From Octopus sinensis (taxonomy: Eukaryota): 28,051 nt of DNA. Shown one piece after another: positions 21,449 to 28,051 of the stretch (position 1 is the first letter of the stretch; the number at the start of each line of letters is the position of its first letter). The stretch lies in contig NW_021837018.1 of assembly GCF_006345805.1 (NCBI RefSeq), forward strand, positions 1 through 28,051. The letters are read 5' to 3'. The notes under the pieces are model-generated. The model was not told the origin of the DNA. It made no database searches and saw only the letters and a program-made list of their open reading frames with translations. A program made the translations under genes and the position numbers.

Positions 21449-22020
21449 TATATATATATATATATACGTGTGTGTGTGTTTGTGTGTGAATTAATATAAA
21501 CAGCAGATTGCAATGTTTCACCCAAAAAGGACTAGGGCGTTAGAAACACCTATATTGCTAGAAATAAGAGTTAAAATGCTCTACTGCTGTAGTCAACGCA
21601 CGCAAATGTAAACACATAAACACATACTCCTAAAATTTATGGTATTTTTGTCCCTCTTTCTTTTAAGCTATTCTTCAGGAATATGGTTCTCGTGTTTTTA
21701 TACCGTTTTCTATAATTAGAGGTAATGGCGTTTGAGTAGAAATATTTTGAGTTCCCTGATATCAGCTTCATCAATAATAGCAACAACAAAAAATTTCCTT
21801 GGGAACGAATTTCCACGGATGGAAAGTTTATAGGAGTTGATCTGAAGGAAGAAATGAACGAACGGTCGAACGAGGGGGGGGAAAATTGGAAGGAAAGAAC
21901 GAACGAAACAAACTAACAAAGAAAGAAACGAATGAGAGAAGGAAAGAACGTAGGAACGAACCAACGGACGGACAGACGGGCAGACGGACGGACGAGGGGG
22001 AAAGGAACGAAGGAACGAAG

Positions 22021-22495
22021 GTTGGATTGATGGATGGATGGATGGATGGATAGATGGATGGATGGATGGATGGATGGATGGATGGATAGTTGGATGGATA
22101 GATGGATGGATGGTTGGATGGATAGATGGATGGATGGATGGATGGATGGTTGGATGGATGGATGGTTGGATTGATGGATGGTTAGATGGATGGATGGATG
22201 GATGGTTGGAAGGATGGATGGATGGTTTGATGGATGGATGGATGGTTCGATGGATGGTTGGATGGATGGTTAGATGGATGGATGGATGGATGGATGGATG
22301 GATGGTTTGATGGATGGATGGATGGTTCGATGGATGGTTGGATGGATGGTTGGATGGATGGTTGGAAGGATGGATGGATGGATGGTTCGATGGATGGATG
22401 GTTTGATGGATGGTTGGATGGATGGTTAGATGGATGGATGGATGCATGCATGCATGAATGATTAAATAGATGGATGGAGGGTGGAACGCTGGATG
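22021..22495. repeat. (GGAT)n microsatellite with GGTT/AGAT/CGAT variants
   Basis: Direct reading; accounts for the HPSI/MDGW ORFs. Confidence 0.95.
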
Positions 22496-22681
22496 GTACC
22501 TGTAGTTCAAAGATCAACATTGTCACACATTAAGAACCGCTCACCTTTGCGTTTTGTGTAGACGTGTCCATGGAATACACGGCCAATTTAAGTTTCAATA
22601 GGAAGATAATTTAGTTCACCTAACAACAAACAGAGTCATCGCCGAAACCGACGGAGACTCATTTACTGTGAGTGTGAGTTC

Positions 22682-22721
<40 letters not shown>

Positions 22722-22983
22722 TGTGTGTGTGTGTGTTTACATCAGCGTGTTTGCGCGTGCATGTGTATGTGTATGCTTGCGTGTGTGTTTGTGTATTTTT
22801 CTTCAATATGTTCATCTGTGTGCATGTGTATGCGCTTCTATGTGTCAGTGTTTGTGTGCGGGTGTTTGTGGGTGTGTGCTTGTGTGTGTATGTGTAAGTG
22901 TGTGCTTATGTGTTTGTTTCAGTGTTTGTATGTGTGCGTGTGATTGAGATATATGTATACATATATGTATATTTGTGTGTGTG

Positions 22984-23016
<33 letters not shown>

Positions 23017-24122
23017 GGGGGAGATAAGGAAGAAAGAAAGAAAGAAAGAAAGACAGACAGACAGACAGACACAGAGTTGTGTTGCCGTGAGTTTTATAGT
23101 ATTGACTGCATCATCCAATCAGAACATTAGACGTGTCATCCTCGTATCTGTAAAACTGTTCTCTCTCTCTCTCTTTCTCTCTTTCTCTCTCTCTCTCTGC
23201 CCCCCCTCTCTCTCTCTTCTCTCCCTCTATATTTATGTGCGTGTGTATATATGTATGTACGCACACAAACACTCACACTCGCATTCTTTTTAATCTAGCA
23301 TTTAAACATCATTCATATTTGTTTTATGTAAGCGATTATTATTATGGATTTAATTATAAATCTGAAGATTGTTCATTTTGTAAGAGGACAATATTTTAAT
23401 ATTGACAGAAGGCTCCAACAAACACCGAAATTTTCTGAGAAGCAACCAAGGAACCGGGTCTCTCACACATCAATACTTTATTTTCCATTTCCTTTTTTTT
23501 TTTCTTTTTAATGTCCTTATGTCTTTTAGTAAACATTTCCAAGAGACAAAAATTCTTATTAAAAACCACTCGCAACGGACGTGGTTTACCTCAAGACGAT
23601 CGAATTTCTATTGTCAAATAGTAATTAGAAAAACTACAAAGTGAAAACTCCTTTGGGACATGCAAGCTTTTGAGGACGTTCACCAGTTTCATCGATATTA
23701 CACGCAACGCTTCGGTAGGAGGTCGACAACAATATGTTCAAGAAGATCTCAATCATAATGGCGGTTTATAAAAACATCAAAGACAATGGAAGTTCGGAAA
23801 ATTACTTGATACTTGAAGAAGTAAAAAATAAAATTAAATTAAGAAATCTCTGTTATACAGCATCATATCACAGATCTCAACTAACACATTGTAATACGCT
23901 AGAGTATTACAAGATACTACATTATGTATACAACATTGCAGCACCACTCTGTACTAGCGCAGTGTACCATCCTTTCTTATTATATCTTATTTGATTTTAT
24001 AACACTACCACAATGCACCAAACCACAAGACTCTACATCACTCTGCTCTGTACTACGCCGCTAAAGCATACTATGCTACAACACGGCGTTAAACTACAGT
24101 ATTGCAACAGTCATGCGACACT

Positions 24123-25190
24123 AGCACAGTGTGGCTGTGAGGTAAAAAAAACTTGCTTCCAAACCACAAGGTTCCGAGTTCAGTCCCGCTGCGTGGCATC
24201 ATGGGTGGGTGTTTTCTGCTATAGCTTCGGACCGACCAAAGCCTTGGGAATGAATTTGGTTGACGGAAAGTGAAAGAAGCCCGATGCGTATGTGTGTAGA
24301 TGAGTGTGGAGTGTGTGTGTATGTGTGTGTTTGTATGTGTGTGTTTGTGTGTCTGTAACTCCCCACTACCGCACACTCATATGTGTATATATACGCACAC
24401 ACGTAAATGTAGAACGATGAAATGAGTGCTCAACACCGCATAGGTGGAAAAATAATAAAGAATGTATATATATATATATGTGTGTGTGTGTGTATGTATG
24501 TATATATGTATGTATGTATTATGTATGTATTATGTATGTATGTATATTATATATATAATAAATATATATACAATATATGTGTGTGTGGAGGCGCAATGGC
24601 CCAGTGGTTAGGGCAGCGGACTCGCGGTCATAGGATCGCGGTTTCGATTCCCAGACCGGGCGTTGTGAGTGTTTATTGAGCGAAAACACCTAAAGAGCTC
24701 CACGAGGCTCCGGCAGGGGATGGTGGTGATCCCTGTTGTACTCTTTCACCACAACTTTTCTCTCACTCTTACTTCCTGTTTCTGTTGTACCTGTATTTCA
24801 AGGGGCCGGCCTTGTCACTCTGTGTCACGCTGAATATCCCCGAGAACTACGTTAAGGTGCACGTGTCTGTGGAGTGCTCAGCCACTTACACGTTAATTTC
24901 ACGAGCAGGCTGTTCCGTTGATTCGGATCAACCGGAACCCTCATCGTCGTAACCGACGGAGTGCTTCCATCCATTCCATATGTGTGTGTTTATGTGTGTA
25001 GACACGACATATTCATCCTTCTATCTATTTCAAGCCCCAAGCCTCATTTTCCTGCCGTTGATGTGTTTATATTCCCATAATCTAGCGGTTCGGTAAAAAG
25101 TGACCGATAGAATAAGCATTCATTCGACAAAAAAGGCGGTGTTCTAGCATGGCCGCAGTCTAATCACTGAATTAAATAAAAAAAATAAAG
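24123..25190 (+). mobile_element. Old SINE family A split by microsatellite and a nested SINE
   Basis: 5' half at 24123-24285 and diverged 3' half at ~25055-25190 (TAGCGGTTCGG..CCGATAGAATAAG..GCATGGCCGCAGTC); that both halves are one copy is inferred. Confidence 0.65.
24587..24977 (+). mobile_element. tRNA-derived SINE (family B2), full length, 12-bp TSD
   Basis: A box TGGCCCAGTGG, B box GTTTCGATTCC, short CCAT-repeat tail; ATATGTGTGTGT at 24575-24586 and 24978-24989. Confidence 0.92.
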
Positions 25191-25314
25191 ATGCCACACT
25201 ACTTCACACAATATCTCACTGCATTACTACACGACTGTACATATCTCTACCACACAGCATCACATATTGCAATATGCTATACTACACACCATATGCCACA
25301 CTATACTGCACTGA

Positions 25315-25555
25315 AACTACACTCCCACGATTCTCTCTACACCTTCACAGTGTCCTACACTCAAATAATGCCCTACATTCCCACAATGCCCTACACTTCC
25401 AAAATCCCCCATTCCAACAATGCTCTACACTCCCAAAATGCCTACACATCCACAATGCCCTATACTCCTACAATGCCCTACGCTCCTAAAATGTCATACA
25501 CTCCCAAAATGCTTGCATTATCACGATTCCTTACACTCCCGCAATGTCCTACGCT
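25315..25555. repeat. 18-bp minisatellite, consensus ~CTACACTCCCACAATGCC, about 13 diverged units
   Basis: Direct reading; appears as an MPYTPT repeat in ORF 25191-25574. Confidence 0.88.
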
Positions 25556-25577
25556 ATCCGTCCACTGTAAATAATGT

Positions 25578-25660
25578 AGGGTCGATTTGTGCTACTGAAC
25601 CTTTTCTTGGCGGTACCGTAGCATGGCCGCATTCCAGTAACTGAAACAAGTAGAAATAAT
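25578..25660 (+). mobile_element. SINE family A-like 3' tail fragment
   Basis: GGGTCGATTTG..GGCGGT..AGCATGGCCGCA..ACTGAAACAAGTA. Confidence 0.65.
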
Positions 25661-25676
25661 AGATAGATAGATAGAT

Positions 25677-25756
<80 letters not shown>

Positions 25757-25848
25757 TGCAGGCAGACAGACAGGCAGACAGGCAGACAGGCAGACAGACA
25801 GATAGATAGACAGACAGATTTGACAGATCGATAGACAGATAGGTATAC

Positions 25849-25919
<71 letters not shown>

Positions 25920-25925
25920 AGATAG
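25661..25925. repeat. (GATA)n-(GACA/GGCA)n-(GATA)n compound microsatellite
   Basis: Direct reading. Confidence 0.95.
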
Positions 25926-26181
25926 AACGAAAGTTGGGATAGTCACGGCGGGAACTTTATAAGCTCTACTCGGTCAGAAATGACATGTAGGCTAAATATA
26001 AAATATATCAACATTAACAACCGCAACCACAATTGCCTAAATTGTCAATACCAACAATAGCGAAATCTAAAACATCAATTACGTTCCTGCCTTGTAGACT
26101 GGATATGTAAAATACGATTCTGACATAATAACACAATTGAAGTTACGTAACTTGTAGTTAATTAAATGTATTGAAAAAAAC

Positions 26182-26182
<1 letters not shown>

Positions 26183-26240
<58 letters not shown>

Positions 26241-26355
26241 CATTCAAAATAATATTAAAAATAAGAAAAATAAGAGGTACCTTAGAAATTACAACAATAC
26301 CAACAGCAACAACAGCAGCAGCAGCAGCGACAATAACAACAACAACAACAACAAC

Positions 26356-26389
<34 letters not shown>

Positions 26390-26409
26390 TTAATAATAAT
26401 AATAATAAT

Positions 26410-26498
<89 letters not shown>

Positions 26499-26553
26499 AA
26501 ATAATAATAATGTTAATAATAATAATAATAATGTTAATAATAATAATAATAAC

Positions 26554-26587
<34 letters not shown>

Positions 26588-26591
26588 TAAT

Positions 26592-26629
<38 letters not shown>

Positions 26630-26790
26630 AAATATAATAATGTTAAAATAATAATAATAATAATAATATAATAATAATAATGTTAATAATAATAATAATA
26701 TAATAATAATAATAATAATATAATAATAATGAAATAAATAATGTTATAATAATAATAATAATAATAATATAATAAAATAATGTAATAATA

Positions 26791-26831
<41 letters not shown>

Positions 26832-26848
26832 GAAAATAATATAATAAT

Positions 26849-26883
<35 letters not shown>

Positions 26884-26915
26884 TGATGATGATGATGATG
26901 AAGATGATGATGAAT

Positions 26916-26947
<32 letters not shown>

Positions 26948-27166
26948 AATGATGATGATGATGATGATAGAAATAATAATGATAATAACAACAACAACAA
27001 CAATGTCTTTCTGCTACAAAAGTAAGAAATAACGAAAGTAATTATATCAGTAATAAGAATATTTAATGTACATAATACAAAGAAGAATAATAACAATATT
27101 TTTTTACATGATGATGATGATGATGATGGAGATGACGACGACGACGATGACGACGAAGACGACGAC

Positions 27167-27204
<38 letters not shown>

Positions 27205-27239
27205 CGACGATGATGATGACGATGATGACGATGATGATG

Positions 27240-27271
<32 letters not shown>

Positions 27272-27583
27272 GATGATGAAGATGGTATAGGTGATGATGA
27301 CGAATACGATGACTAGAATGATGATGATGATGATGATGATGAGGGGGATGGGGAGGACGACGACGACGATGACGACGATGACGACGATGATGATGATGAC
27401 GACGATGACGACGACGTAGATGATAATGATGATGATGACGCGACCATAATAACGATGATGAAGATGATGAAGATGATATTGATAATGACGATGATGGTGA
27501 TGATGATGACGACGACGATGATGACGATGATGATGATGATGACGATGACGATGATGACGATGATGACGACGATGACGATGATG
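26183..27583. repeat. Trinucleotide field: (AAT)n with (CAA/CAG)n, then (GAT/GAC)n
   Basis: Direct reading; accounts for the poly-I/M/S/H ORFs. Confidence 0.95.
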
Positions 27584-27852
27584 AATACCCTACAAGCCGC
27601 CAAAATAGCAACAATGCCAGTGTAGCTCTACCAGCATCAGCTGAATCTATTGCTTCAATTATTTCCGACAGATGCCACCATTTTTTCATTAGTCTTTCGA
27701 ATAATATAAATGTCTGTCTTGTTCTCAGCACAACGCCACAGACAAATGTTCTCTTTGTCCGCTTTTTTTTTCAAATTCTTTTTCTGTATTATGTGCATAT
27801 GGTTAGATACAGCGCTGCACACGTACTTATATGCATATATGTATATACATCG

Positions 27853-28051
27853 TGACGCATATTTGCCATTTGAATATGGCTAACCCCTAAGGGTGGATGC
27901 TACTGTAGTTTGTAGCCCCAGGAAGATACCTCCTCCAGCTGGGTATAGACACACTATCTGTGTCCTATCAGTATTTGTGAAGGGAAGTCATCCTTCCCGT
28001 CTTCAACTCATGATACACACGGACTCGAGTTTCAAGGTGTTTACCTATCAT
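27853..28051. other. Hairpin-rich element end (probable repeat) running off the window
   Basis: Serial short hairpins (GCCAT/ATGGC, ACCC/GGGT, GACACA/TGTGTC, GGGAAG/CTTCCC); 27859-27911 is similar to Helitron segment 21344-21400. Confidence 0.4.

Noticed and set aside
21556-21578. Resemblance to the Cas9 sgRNA scaffold (GCTAGAAATAGCAAGTTAAAAT)
   Set aside because: Partial match only; eukaryotic repeat context with no CRISPR array or cas genes
21716-22526. HPSI/MDGW ORFs
   Set aside because: (GGAT)n microsatellite
23659-23757. Plus-strand peptide containing YYTQRFGRR (RFamide-like processing motif)
   Set aside because: 32-codon ORF, no signal peptide, no repeated peptide, no convincing splice context
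27665-27680. CTCF-like motif CCGACAGATGCCACC
   Set aside because: Mismatches at core positions; expected by chance
27063-27731. 222-aa poly-S/H ORF and the opposite poly-D frame
   Set aside because: (GAT/GAC)n repeat; the short unique part matches nothing I recognise
27875-27970. HDV-like ribozyme at a retroelement end
   Set aside because: Could not build the nested P1/P2/P3/P1.1 pseudoknot by eye; only simple hairpins seen

Overview
AT-rich, microsatellite-saturated eukaryotic DNA with no recognisable host gene; most supplied ORFs are translated simple repeats or SINE sequence. The dominant tRNA-derived SINE (tRNA head, CCTTGGGCAAGT CORE-like box, internal TA/TG microsatellite, GA(G/A)TAAAA tail) looks like the abundant SINE of Octopus genomes, so this is probably octopus intronic/intergenic DNA (my recognition, not a database result). 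Main contents: (1) a ~3.6 kb 5'-truncated Penelope-like element (PLE) on the minus strand (8636-12230) with a frameshifted GIY-YIG endonuclease, a ~3 kb 3' UTR of diverged tandem units and a near-canonical minimal type I hammerhead ribozyme (HHR) ~100 nt from a (TA)n-anchored end; (2) several short (TA)n-embedded non-coding elements with whole or half HHR motifs, fold-back palindromes and a shared terminal motif, suggesting non-autonomous PLE/retrozyme-like derivatives; (3) about ten SINE-A copies or fragments plus other tRNA-SINEs with exchanged modules; (4) two non-autonomous Helitrons; (5) relics of a Neptune-like PLE and a possible RTE LINE; (6) a locally duplicated and inverted SINE cluster; (7) many micro- and minisatellites. 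All alignments were made by eye, so boundaries of degenerate elements are approximate.
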